Source of the DNA: a bacterium
GTDB taxonomy: Bacteria > SAR324 > NAC60-12
NCBI GenBank assembly: GCA_965209155.1
Contig: OZ242383.1
Span: 544,001-608,000 of the forward strand
Direction of reading: 5' to 3'
DNA length: 64,000 nucleotides
Position 1 is the first letter of the stretch. Each line of letters starts with the position of its first letter. Shown piece after piece: positions 38,638-49,092 of the stretch. The position numbers were made by a program, and so were the translations under genes. The notes below the pieces were generated by a model. The model did no database searches. It saw only the letters and a program-made list of their open reading frames with translations, and was not told the origin of the DNA.

Positions 38638-39702
38638 TTAAACCACTTGGAGCACAGGAGGTTGATAAGGTGTTTGATCGAGGATTAACCTCCTAGCCAA
38701 AATCACCAGTTTACGAGCGATGGCCACAATGGCCCGTTTGCCTCCGATGCGGCAAGCCAAGCGTTGATATTTGGTTTTAAAATAAGGATCTTTACGCACC
38801 AGAGTCCAAGCCGCTTCCACCAACATTCCACGCAGATCGGCTTTGCCGGAACGAGTAATATGGCCCATGCGAATCTGATCAGAACTGGAAAACTGAGAAG
38901 GGGTTAAGCCCACATAAGCGGCGATTTGATCACTTTGAGCAAAACGCGTGAGATCTTCCAATTCTAATAAAAAGGTCATCGCTGTGAGCAAACCCACTCC
39001 GGGGATGGATCTTAAAAACTGAACGTTGAGTTGGTGTTGAGGGCTCTTGGCCAGTTGTCGAATGGCTTGAGTCAGACGAAGAATTTGCTCTTGGAGAAAA
39101 TGGAATTCTTCCAGAAGCATTTGCATACTCAAACCAAAGCGAGAGTCGCTTTGAGCCAAGTTTGTTAATTCCAATAAAAAACTTTGAGTCCAAGAACCTT
39201 GGTCGCTGGAGAGCTTTTGTCCATGAAAACTTAACTCGGCTTTGATGCGATTTTGAACACGAACTCGATTGCCCATGAGTTGACGACGATGGCGAATGAG
39301 TTTGCGTTGCTGCAAATTAGCTTCACTCGGAACATAAACACTTTTGAGCAAATCTCTGGAAAGATAAAAGGCTAATTTCTTGCTGTCTTTGCGATCGGTT
39401 TTTACTCGATTACCTGACTCTTGAGGAATCAAACTGGGAGGGGTGACCAAACAATCCACCCCCCAATGGCTCAGATGACGAGAGAGCCAGTAGCCACAAT
39501 AACCGGCTTCATAGACCACTTTCATCTCCAATGATTTGAAAGGATTCAAAAGTTTTTTTAAGGCCGACCAACTCGCTGGAATGGATTGACTGCTCAACTC
39601 GCAATCAAAGCTCCGAATGGTGACATGAAAGGTTTTTTTATGCACGTCGATTCCTATATAAATGGTTTGGCCTAATAATGATTCAATGTTAATCTTTTTC
39701 AT
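38638..39702 (-). CDS. IS110-family recombinase/transposase
   Basis: IGIDVHK, VYEAG, KTDRKDS (DEDD); SIPGVG; GLTPSQFSS; G.ITRSG. Confidence 0.95.
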   Translation of the reverse strand: MKKINIESLLGQTIYIGIDVHKKTFHVTIRSFDCELSSQSIPASWSALKKLLNPFKSLEMKVVYEAGYCGYWLSRHLSHWGVDCLVTPPSLIPQESGNRVKTDRKDSKKLAFYLSRDLLKSVYVPSEANLQQRKLIRHRRQLMGNRVRVQNRIKAELSFHGQKLSSDQGSWTQSFLLELTNLAQSDSRFGLSMQMLLEEFHFLQEQILRLTQAIRQLAKSPQHQLNVQFLRSIPGVGLLTAMTFLLELEDLTRFAQSDQIAAYVGLTPSQFSSSDQIRMGHITRSGKADLRGMLVEAAWTLVRKDPYFKTKYQRLACRIGGKRAIVAIARKLVILARRLILDQTPYQPPVLQVV

Positions 39703-39953
39703 AGCAGTCTCCTAAAAGATGGTTGTTAGTTTTTGCTGAAACTATTTAATATCACAACCATCGGAGACTGTCTGATTTACATAGTAACTGAGGGGGACGC
39801 CTAGTCATGTAGGCGAAGAATCTCAATGATATCAAGGAGAACTTTCGTAAGGGGGCTGCCTAAGCCTCAGGATGACAAATCAAAAGTATTAATTTGATCA
39901 CTTTATTCTGATTAGCTGTCCTAAGTATTCACGATTATCTCAGAGGAGTCCCC

Positions 39954-42900
39954 ATGGAAATGCCATATACTCAGCAGACTTCCTTGGATCAGCATAGGAA
40001 ACGGTTTTTGACCGATGATCGCTGTCACCAGCATCTTTTTACGGTTCGCTGGCCCCAGGGGTTTGTCTGTCCCGCCTGCGGTCATCATGAGTATTACGAG
40101 GTATCGCTGCGCAAGCTGTTTCAATGCAAACAATGTCATTCCCAAACTTCTGCGACGGCGGGCACGATCATGCACCGGACCCGGACTCCGCTGCGTTATT
40201 GGTTTTGGGGGATTTATTATGTGGCGGCATGCAATGGCGAGACGACGGCTCAACAACTATCAGAAAAAATCGGATTGAATTACTATTCCGCCCGGAGAAT
40301 GCTGGGAAAAATCCATGAAATCGAAAAGGACCAGGGGTTCCTGGGGGATCTGCTGAAAAGCTTCAAAATGCCTGAACCGTCCAAGGAAGAACTCTCTATT
40401 GGACCGGGAATGGAAACGCAATCCAGGCCAATAAAAGGGCCGTATCCACTAAGAGAGCCAACGATTCCAGACAGAAAAAATCCGGAGATTCTGGGTTATT
40501 CGCTGGAGGAGGTCATTTTTGAAAGTGGACGGACCTGGTTCAGGCGCGGCAGGCGGCAAAGGGACGGGCTTTCGGTCCTGATCAAGGGACCAGCTTCCTC
40601 TGAGCAGAGTGCCCAGGAACTGGCGGAAATGCGGCACGAGCATGAGATCACTCAGGCTCTTAGGATCGATGGGGTTCTCAGGGCAGAGGAACTGGTGCAT
40701 TGTGAGAACGGATGGGCGTTGATCCTGGAAAACACCGATTCGCTCCCTTTAAGAAAGCTGATGGATGCCGCCCGGCTCGACCTGCTGGACTCGCTGAAGA
40801 TAGCAGTTTCACTGATCGATATTCTGAAAGAAGTGCACCAGCAGGGCATCCTGCATAAAATGATCAACCCGTTCAATATTTTTGTCGATCCGGCATCGGG
40901 GACGGTCAAACTGAGCGGCTTCGGCCTGGCCACCCGGTTGCCTGAGAAAAATTTGACGACGTTGAGTCCTCAGCTGACCGGGGAAACCCTGCCCTATATC
41001 TCCCCCGAGCAGACCGGCCGGATGAACCGGCCCCTCGATTATCGCAGTGATTTTTATTCCCTGGGCGTCACCCTCTATGAGCTTTTCAGCGGAAGAGTGC
41101 CTTTCCACTCCCGGGAGGCCATGGAAATCATCCACGCTCACATTGCCCGGCAGCCCCTGTCCCCTGACGAGATTGAACCGCAAGTACCCAGAGTCCTTTC
41201 TAATATGGTGATGAAACTGCTGGCCAAGCGTGCCGAGGCGCGCTACCAGAGTCACTCGGGTCTGGCATCCGATCTCCTGGCATGTGTGGATCAGCTCGAA
41301 AACCAGGGGAGCCTGTCCGACTTTCCTCTGGGCCGCCATGATATGCCTGAAGAACTGCAGATCGCCCCGGGCTTTATGGCCGGGAGGATGAAATCACCGC
41401 CCTGGAGGCTGCCCTGGAACGAGTCAGCCAGGGAGCGACCGAGATGGTGCTGGTCTCGGGAAGCGCCGGTGTCGGTAAAACCGCCCTGGTCGGTGAAATT
41501 CACCGGTCCATTGCCCAAAAAAACGGCTTTTTCATCTCCGGCAAGTTTGACCAGCTCCGGCACAATATCCCCTACAGCGCCCTGATCCAGGCGCTGCGGG
41601 GACTCATCCGGGAGATGTCGGTTGCAAACAAACCCGGAATGGAGCGTTGGAAAAACAGGATACGGGCTGCCCTGGAACCCAACGGACAACTGGTGACCCG
41701 GGTGATCCCGGAACTGGAACAGATGATCGGCCCGCAACCCCCGCTGTCGGAAATGGGAGCGCTGGAGGCCCGGAACCGTTTCACTGCCGTTTTACTGGAG
41801 TTCATCGACCTTTTCTGTGAAAAGACCCATCCCCTGGTTATTTTTCTGGACGACCTGCAGTGGGTGGACGCCGATACCCTCAAGCTGGTGGAACGGATCG
41901 CTCAGGATCCGGAGAGGAAACCTCTGCTTTTCCTGGGGGCCTATCGCGACAACGAGGTGGAGGTCGATCATCGGCTGATGATCAGTTGTGAGGTGATCAA
42001 AAAAACAGGTCAGCCTGTGCAAACAATCCCCTTAAAGCCCCTCAACCCGGATGACATCTCACAACTGCTCGTCCATACCTGCCACTGCCGTCCTGAGGAT
42101 GCCAAACCGCTGGCCGAGGTTCTGGTGCGCAAAACCGGCGGCAATCCCTTCTTTGTGAGCCAGTTCTTGAACGTACTCTCCGAAAAGGAGCTGATCGGTT
42201 ACTCCCCCGAGGAAAAACGATGGACCTGGGATCTGGCTGCCATCGAATTCCTGGCGGTGACCGAAAATGTGGTGGATTTGCTGGTTGACCGGCTCCATCG
42301 ATTTTCCTCTGAAACCAGGAAACTCTTAAGCCTGGCGGCCTGCATCGGCAATACCTTTGACCTGGAATCGTTGGAACTGATCAGCGGAGCCGGAGGCAGA
42401 GAGATCGATGAGAACCTGTTGCCGGCCCTTGAAAATGGGTTGATTCTCGGTTTTTCCCAAGCCCCGCAGCTGGATAATCCTCTGGACGGAGCGAGCGCGG
42501 AGAGCGGCAGCTACAAATTCCTGCATGACCGGGTGCAGCAGGCTGCCTATGCCCTCATTGCCCAAAAGGAGAAACAGACGGTCCATCTTCAAATCGGTCA
42601 GACCCTGCTCAAGCAATACGCTCCAGAGAAAGGTGTAGATCTGCTTTTTGACATCGTCCACCATCTCAACCTGGCCCGGAGGGTGAAGGATAAATGGAAA
42701 GAACGATTGCATCTGGCAGAACTCAACTTGAAAGCTGGTCGTCAGGCCAGAGCGGCTTCGGCTTTTGAACAGGCTCTGGAATACTTTACCCTGGGCCTGG
42801 ATCTCTTAGGAGCCGCCGCCTGGAAACGGCATTACCCCCTGGCCTTATCCCTGCATGAAGCCGCCACGGAGATGTCATCGCTCTGCGGCCGCTTCGAGTT

Positions 42901-45900
42901 GATGGAGGAGCTGGCGGGTGCTGTAAAAGACAACGCCCGAGAAGACCCGGACCTGGCCAATGTTTATCGATGCCGGATCCAGGCGTACACAACCCGAGGT
43001 GAATTAAAAAAGGCACAGGAAACGGGCGCGGAGATTCTGGAGAAATTGGGGTATCAACTGAGCCGTCTGTCTCTCGACCAGTGGCAGCAGACCCTCGTTC
43101 AAATCAAACCCAGCCTGGCCGGTAAAAGCGTCGCAGACGTGATGCGCTTTGAGCCGCTCACCCAAACGGATGCCGAGGTCCTTGTCCCTATCCTGTATGA
43201 ACTCCATTTACCATATGACCAGGCTGGGGCTACTTTGGATGACGGTCTTTGGCAACCCATCGCTGCCAAACGCATCTCTTTGCTGCTGAATCATTTTCAT
43301 CCGCAATATTCACCCGAATTCTATATTCACCTTGGATATATATATTGCGGGTTTGTGCAGGATTTTGAATTTGGTTATGAACTCGGTCGTCTGAGCATAC
43401 AGATCATGGAAGCGCTTGATCTGAAGGAAATAAACTGTAGAGTTTCCGGGGGTTTCAATGGTGGGATCCGGTTCTATGGGGAGCCGCTATCGGCGTCATT
43501 GGATCCCTTGCTGGAAACTCATAAGATGGGAATCGAAACGGGAGATTTCGTCAATGCCGGTATTAGCGCTGTCGCAAGGTGTCGAATAGCGTTTATGTGC
43601 GGGAAAGAGCTGAATTGGCTGAAAGGGGAATTGTCGACGTTGAAGCTTGCTCTCAAGAAGATTGATTATATTCTCGGGTCTCCCCAAGTCGAAATGCTGA
43701 TGAAGGCGGTCATGATTCTAATGGATGAACCTTCGAGCCTGTCGAACGGCATCATGGATCAATACGACAGGGTGACAAGTACGGAGTACTCATATTATGA
43801 ACATTGCAGTTTTAATTACCAGAAGCTGGTACTGCAAACCCTGTTCGAAGAATACGAAGCAGCCCGTGAGACGGTTTTTGAAATGATCAACCTGATGAAA
43901 ACCTACAAGGATTCCCTTGTTGATCCCCTGGCCAACTGCTACCTGTCTTTCGCTCTCCTGGCGGTTTGCAACCAGGGGAGCGAGGGGGAAAAGGAGGAAA
44001 TCCTCACCCAGGTTGATGACAATCAGGAGACGTTGGAGAAACTGGCGCGCTGCGCACCGCCCAATTATTTGCATAAATACCACCTGGTGGAAGCCGAGCG
44101 GATGAGGGTTTTGGAGGGTCAAAGCGACGCGATCCTGTCCCATTATGACCAGGCCATCGCTTTGGCCAGAGAGAGTGAATTTATCCACGAGGAAGCCCTG
44201 GCCAATGAACTGGCAGCCAGGTACTTGCTCAACCAGGGGCAGAACGACGCCGCCGGCTCTTACCTGCGCTCAGCAATGGAAAAATACGAAACCTGGGGGG
44301 CAAAACGGAAGGTCGCGCACCTAAAGTCTCGATATCCCGGGCTGATTGCCGATGATCGTGCTGAAGCGGCGTCTCCTTCGGCCAACCTGGATCTGGGGAC
44401 GATGCTCAAAGCCTCGGAGGCCATCTCCAGTACCCTCGAGTTGGAACCGCTGCTGGAGATTCTGCTCCGCATTCTCATGGAAAATGCCGGGGCCCAGACA
44501 GCAACCCTGATTCTGGAAACCGAAGGTCAGTCTCTTATCGCTGCCCGTGGGAGTGCCGAGCAGGTCGAATATTTCCTGCCGCTTTCCCTGCCTGTGGAAA
44601 AGGCCCAATCCCTCTCCCTGTCGGTCATCTCCTGGGTAAAACAAACCCGGGAACACCTGGTTTTGGACAATGCCGCCCGCGAGGAACGGTTTGCCGAGGA
44701 TGATCATATCCAGAGGGAGCGCCCCAAATCCATCCTGTGCGCGCCGATCACTCATCAGTCCGCCTTGAGCGGAATCATTTACCTGGAAAATAACCTGGTT
44801 GAGGGAGCCTTCACCTCCCGGCGATTCGAGGTGATCAAGCACCTTAGCTCCCAGATCGCCATTTCCCTGGAAAATGCCAGGCTTCACGAAAACCTCAAAA
44901 AGGCGCTGGACGAGTCGAAAGCGAGCGAAACCTCCCTGCATGAAGAAAATATCCGTCTGAAGGCCAACATCAAGGAGCGTTATCGGTTCGGAAAGATCAT
45001 CGGCAAAAGCCCCGTGATGCAGGAGATTTGTGAATTAATCTTAAAGGCGGCGGCTAGCGATGCGGGTGTCATTGTCTATGGTGAATCAGGGACCGGTAAA
45101 GAATTGGTGGCTGAAGCCATCCATAAGATGAGTGATAGAAAAGAAAAAGCCTTTGTTCCTGTCAACGCCGGCGGCGTTGCAGAAACCCTCTTGGAAAGTG
45201 AGTTTTTCGGCTACAAAAAAGGGGCCTTTACCGGAGCCAACGCGGATAAGCGCGGCCTGCTCCAATCGGCAGACAAAGGCACGCTTTTCCTGGATGAATT
45301 GGGTGAAATCGGCCCCAATCTGCAAGCCAAACTGCTGCGCGCTATTGAGGGTGGAGGGTTCACGCCAGTAGGCGGACTTGAAGCGGAAACCTCCGATTTT
45401 CGCGTCATTGCCGCCACCAATAAAGATTTAAAAGAACAGGTGAAAAAGGGATTGATGCGGGAGGATTTCCTCTACCGCATCCACATTATCCCTCTTCACT
45501 TGCCGCCTCTCCGGGAACGTAAAGAGGATATCCCCCTGTTGATCGAGCATTTTATGCAAAACTACCCCCCCTCAAAGAACCTGCCCACAATCACCGTCGC
45601 TGTCATGGAAGCTCTGACTTCCTATGATTGGCCGGGCAATGTGAGGGAACTCCAAAATACGTTGCACCGCTACGTTACCTTGAAGAGGCTGGATTTTCTG
45701 GGAGCCCCTTTAAGTGCGCCGGCCCCTTCGCCGGAGATGAAATTTGAACCGATCCGGCCAAATGAAGAGTTGCTCCGAGATGTGGTGGCGCATTTCGAAA
45801 GGGAATATATCCTGAAGCAATTGGAAAGGTACCATTGGAACCGCTCCAAAGTTGCTTCTAAGCTTGGCATTGACCGAAGGACACTTTTTAAAAAGATGAG

Positions 45901-45931
45901 GAGTTATGGGGTGTTTAAGCCCCAAAATTAG
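39954..45931 (+). pseudogene. Second giant sigma54 activator: IS1595 Zn-ribbon/HTH, pseudokinase, STAND ATPase, GAF, sigma54 AAA+, HTH; split by a 1-bp deletion near 41370
   Basis: Colinear paralog of 17855-24004 without the PAS domain. CCCCGGG (41365-41371) versus CCCCGGGG (19095-19102); restoring one G gives a single 1992-aa frame. Confidence 0.85.
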
Positions 45932-46409
45932 ATGTCTCTTCTTTTCCAAGTATCCAGTTTTCATATTGGAATTGAGCAGTAATTTTAGCGAGTTGTGGAT
46001 AAATTTTGTCTGCACTTATAAGAATAGCGTTTTGAGCGATGGCGGTACTTGCAAGCATCAGATCTATATTATGCCTTTTCATATTTTTTTGTTTTGCCTC
46101 ATCTTCCCCTTGAAGCCCCCAATGGTCACGTAGCCCATTCTTCAAATCTCCAAATAATTCTGCTCCCATTAATGGAACCGCAAGGATTATAAAATCAGAT
46201 TGGGCCAATTGTGTCTGGTCTCGTAGCTTTGACACCTTATCATCAGGAGCATTAGCCCTTCCGTATTCTAGCTCATATAGAGTAAGAACAGAGATATAGA
46301 CTTCATCATCATCACTCAAAGCCATTATCTTTGAATTAATATCTTCATAATGCTCATCAGCTTCATTATAAAAACTAGAAACAGTTTCTGAATCGAGCAA
46401 GTATTTCAT
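45915..46409 (-). CDS. PIN-domain (VapC-like) toxin
   Basis: MKYLLDS, ISVLTLYELEYG, IDLMLASTA, LISAD. Confidence 0.85.
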   Translation of the reverse strand: MKYLLDSETVSSFYNEADEHYEDINSKIMALSDDDEVYISVLTLYELEYGRANAPDDKVSKLRDQTQLAQSDFIILAVPLMGAELFGDLKNGLRDHWGLQGEDEAKQKNMKRHNIDLMLASTAIAQNAILISADKIYPQLAKITAQFQYENWILGKEETSNFGA

Positions 46410-46413
46410 CAAA

Positions 46414-46668
46414 TTATTCTTGATCGTGTTTAAACTGAAAATTTTCTCGGAAATCCTTTCGATGTTGACGATCTGTTTCGGTGTAATTTCCTAGACTAAT
46501 AGGATTTTTTTTATTTCTTGCTACAATTTTTGCCCATTTGGAAGGTTCTGTGCTTGAAGCCTGCTTACCTGCTGGTTGAACTCCCAAAAGTTGTTCAAGC
46601 TCCTCTAATGGCATAGATTCAAGTTTACTTGCCAATTCTGGAGTCAGGTCATTTCGATTTACCTGCAT
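46414..46668 (-). CDS. Putative antitoxin
   Basis: Small ORF immediately upstream of the PIN gene; position-based call. Confidence 0.6.
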   Translation of the reverse strand: MQVNRNDLTPELASKLESMPLEELEQLLGVQPAGKQASSTEPSKWAKIVARNKKNPISLGNYTETDRQHRKDFRENFQFKHDQE

Positions 46669-46760
46669 ATTGCCTTTTGCGATTGGTGATGTTGCCATAA
46701 AATTTGAGGGCATACTTGCGGCAATTATACACGTTTCTCTAAATGGAAGCAAATAAAGTA

Positions 46761-47047
46761 TCCACGCCCAAAGGACGTGGTTTTGATTTTCCCCTGGAAG
46801 GGGATTTCGTGACCGTACTCGTGAGACGTGCTCGTGCTCGTGAACGAAAACAGCCGGCTAAGAATTCATTCAATGACCTGTCTTCTCTTCTAAGAAGTAA
46901 CCATCCCCAAAGGGAGCTCGGATCACTGAAATCGAGCACGTTCACGAGCACGATGACGAACACGGGTACGTTTCTGGCAGAGCCAATTCTCTCTGACCAC
47001 GACTGGGCTGGGCCGCATTCGGATCCCCGCCCAGAGGACGTGGTTTT
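46761..47047 (-). mobile_element. Non-autonomous element with IS200/IS605-like hairpins and a GTGCTC core, copy D
   Basis: TCCACGCCCAAAGGACGTGGTTTT and TCCCCGCCCAGAGGACGTGGTTTT at the two ends; homologous to 24676-24951. Confidence 0.6.
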
Positions 47048-47126
47048 AAGGTTAAAAAAATGACCATTAAAAACTGACTGTCAAGAGGGATCGACCTATT
47101 TGTGATCAGAGCAGGCTCGTCCTTCA

Positions 47127-47179
47127 GACACTTTTTAAAAAGATAAGAAGTTGTGGGGTGTTTAAGTCCCAAAATGAGA
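47127..47179 (+). repeat. 53-bp direct repeat of the 3' end of activator 2 (45880-45932)
   Basis: 48/53 identities. Confidence 0.85.
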
Positions 47180-47244
47180 CGAAATGACCCCAGTTTTAAT
47201 TTTTCATTAAATTTCAGTAGGTTATCCTGAAAACCCACGGTAGT

Positions 47245-47264
47245 ATGGGGTCATTTGACCCCAT
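47245..47264. promoter_or_regulatory. Candidate enhancer (UAS) of module 2
   Basis: Perfect inverted repeat ATGGGGTCA-TT-TGACCCCAT; related TGGGG-N8-CCCCA at 45907-45924. Confidence 0.6.
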
Positions 47265-47350
47265 TTCGCGATCTTTTCAAAAGGGAATTATATACAAAGT
47301 TAACCACGGATTCACACACTTGACATCCCAACGTAAAGAGTAATCACGGC

Positions 47351-47509
47351 CTACTCTTTACTTTCTTCCTTCTGCATAAATTTCCATTGATCAGAACGCC
47401 GGGGCGGGGATTTTAAAAACACAGTTATGATCTCGTCTGCCGTTGCGTTAATCTTTTCCGGCATCGGCTTGGCGGGTCTTCCTACTTTTTTCTTCTCTTT
47501 TGTTTTCAT
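47351..47509 (-). CDS. Small passenger ORF of the IS1595 element
   Basis: RBS AGGAG; MKTKEKKKVGRPAKP...; lies inside the TIRs. Confidence 0.55.
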   Translation of the reverse strand: MKTKEKKKVGRPAKPMPEKINATADEIITVFLKSPPRRSDQWKFMQKEESKE

Positions 47510-47584
47510 TTTAAATCTCCTGATATATTGTTGACATTCCTTCACAATCAAGTAGCTAATCTGATCATGCAGGAATGCAAATAT

Positions 47585-48517
47585 TCAAGCTATCAGATTT
47601 TTATACTTAAGCCGTTTTCCTTCCATGCCTTTGGCCATTGATTCGATTTGTGCCAGGGTATCAAGCTCTCGCTGATTTTGCCTACCAGCAAATTCCTTAA
47701 CATAGCGATCCAAATGCTTGGCACTCATTTTGTGATATGTCCCTTTGTGTCCCCTTTTGAGCATACTCCAGAAGGAATCAATACCAGCAGTATGGACATC
47801 TCCTCTCACGTATTCATCGTGGCTATGCCGGACAGATTCATGATTAGGAAGCCCCTTATAAACGGTAGCTTCGTCTGTATAAATCATGGAATTTTGTTTT
47901 ACATATTCCTGGATCATCTTCTCAATAACCGGCTTCTTTGTATCTTCCGTTGCGGTGGCTACCACTTGTCCGGTCTCTCGATCCTTAATACCTACAACTG
48001 GGGATTTGCCAACCGTACCCCGTCCCTCTTTCTTCTTTTTAGACTCATGTTTCAGAGATTCCTTACCCCCTACATAAGTCTCGTCCATTTCAACCGGACC
48101 ATTAAAAAGAGGTTTGTTATTATTCCAGCATTCCCGGATTCTATGATTGACAAACCATGCCGTTTTTTGAGTAAATCCCAATTCCCGGTATAGCTTCATA
48201 CTGGCAACCCCTTTGATATTCGTGGCCATCAGATAGAAAGCGAAAGCCCACTTCCGGTAACCAATTTTAGAAGCTTCCATAGCCGTTCCGGTCTTCACTG
48301 AAAAAAACTTCCTACAATCTTTACAACGAAACGGCATCGGATTTTTAGAATTTTCATACTTTATAATTCGCTCGCTTTCACAATGTGCACATCGTATCCC
48401 ATCAGGCCATCGCTTATCAATGAACATTTTTTCAGCCGTCTTGTCATCTGGGAACATGTCCATCAGTTCCAAAACCGTGATGCCTTTTCTGTGATTTTTT
48501 CCGGGTGCTTCTGCCAT
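47585..48517 (-). CDS. IS1595-family transposase
   Basis: RWPDGIRCAHC...FRCKDC; VEMDETYVGG; IYTDE; YHKMSAKHL.RYV.EF. Confidence 0.95.
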   Translation of the reverse strand: MAEAPGKNHRKGITVLELMDMFPDDKTAEKMFIDKRWPDGIRCAHCESERIIKYENSKNPMPFRCKDCRKFFSVKTGTAMEASKIGYRKWAFAFYLMATNIKGVASMKLYRELGFTQKTAWFVNHRIRECWNNNKPLFNGPVEMDETYVGGKESLKHESKKKKEGRGTVGKSPVVGIKDRETGQVVATATEDTKKPVIEKMIQEYVKQNSMIYTDEATVYKGLPNHESVRHSHDEYVRGDVHTAGIDSFWSMLKRGHKGTYHKMSAKHLDRYVKEFAGRQNQRELDTLAQIESMAKGMEGKRLKYKNLIA

Positions 48518-48765
48518 TTTTCAACTCCATGAAAAGTTAATAATTTTAGAAGTATATTAACCAATAAATCACAGTCTGTCAACAAAAAAATGCGTTTTTA
48601 TTCATTTTTGTTTATTATTTTTGGACTGGGATTAGGCGAGGCGTAGCGCCCGGCCTGCAAATCCATGGTTAACTTTGTATATAATTCCCTTTCAAAACCT
48701 GTCAACACTTCCTCTGTCATCAATTATTCTAATGAATTCAGTCACTTAGACTATCCCACGCCGTT

Positions 48766-48782
48766 TTGGCATCCTCCTTGCC
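48766..48782 (+). promoter_or_regulatory. Sigma54 -24/-12 promoter, module 2
   Basis: TTGGCATCCTCCTTGCC fits TGGCA-N6-TTGC (GG-N10-GC). Confidence 0.75.
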
Positions 48783-49092
48783 TAATACTATTACCACAAG
48801 TTAATCCCTTCCGCTCTCAAAAGACCGCAAAGCGGTCAAAGCCGCGCGTCCCAACGCGAAGCATGGGGACGATTTAAGGGGAGAAAAGGGTTATCGGTCA
48901 GACACTCGAAGTAAATCATCATTAAAGGAGGAAATGCCTATGGAATAAAACCCGTTTTGAAACAGCTGATGGGCGCGTGAGAGCGTCATTTTGTCATTTA
49001 TTTTTTATTTTTTTAAGGAGAATCTTATGAAATCGAAAATCGCTATTCTGTTAATGCCATTTTTTCATTCATTATATTTTAAGGAGAATCTT

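Larger units (their letters stand above)
38387..39789 (-). mobile_element. IS110 family, IS1111-type element inserted in a REP-like palindrome
   Basis: Sub-terminal inverted repeats TACTATG(T)AAATCA (38386-38398, 39773-39786); CT core at 38385-38386 and 39788-39789; TTGACA (minus strand, 38401-38406) near the right end; flanks rejoin to TGTCATTCTGAG...GAAGAATCTC...CTCAGGATGACA. Confidence 0.85.
47283..48689 (-). mobile_element. IS1595-family element, 1407 bp
   Basis: Perfect 24-bp TIRs GGGAATTATATACAAAGTTAACCA; 8-bp target duplication TTTCAAAA (47275-47282, 48690-48697). Confidence 0.95.
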
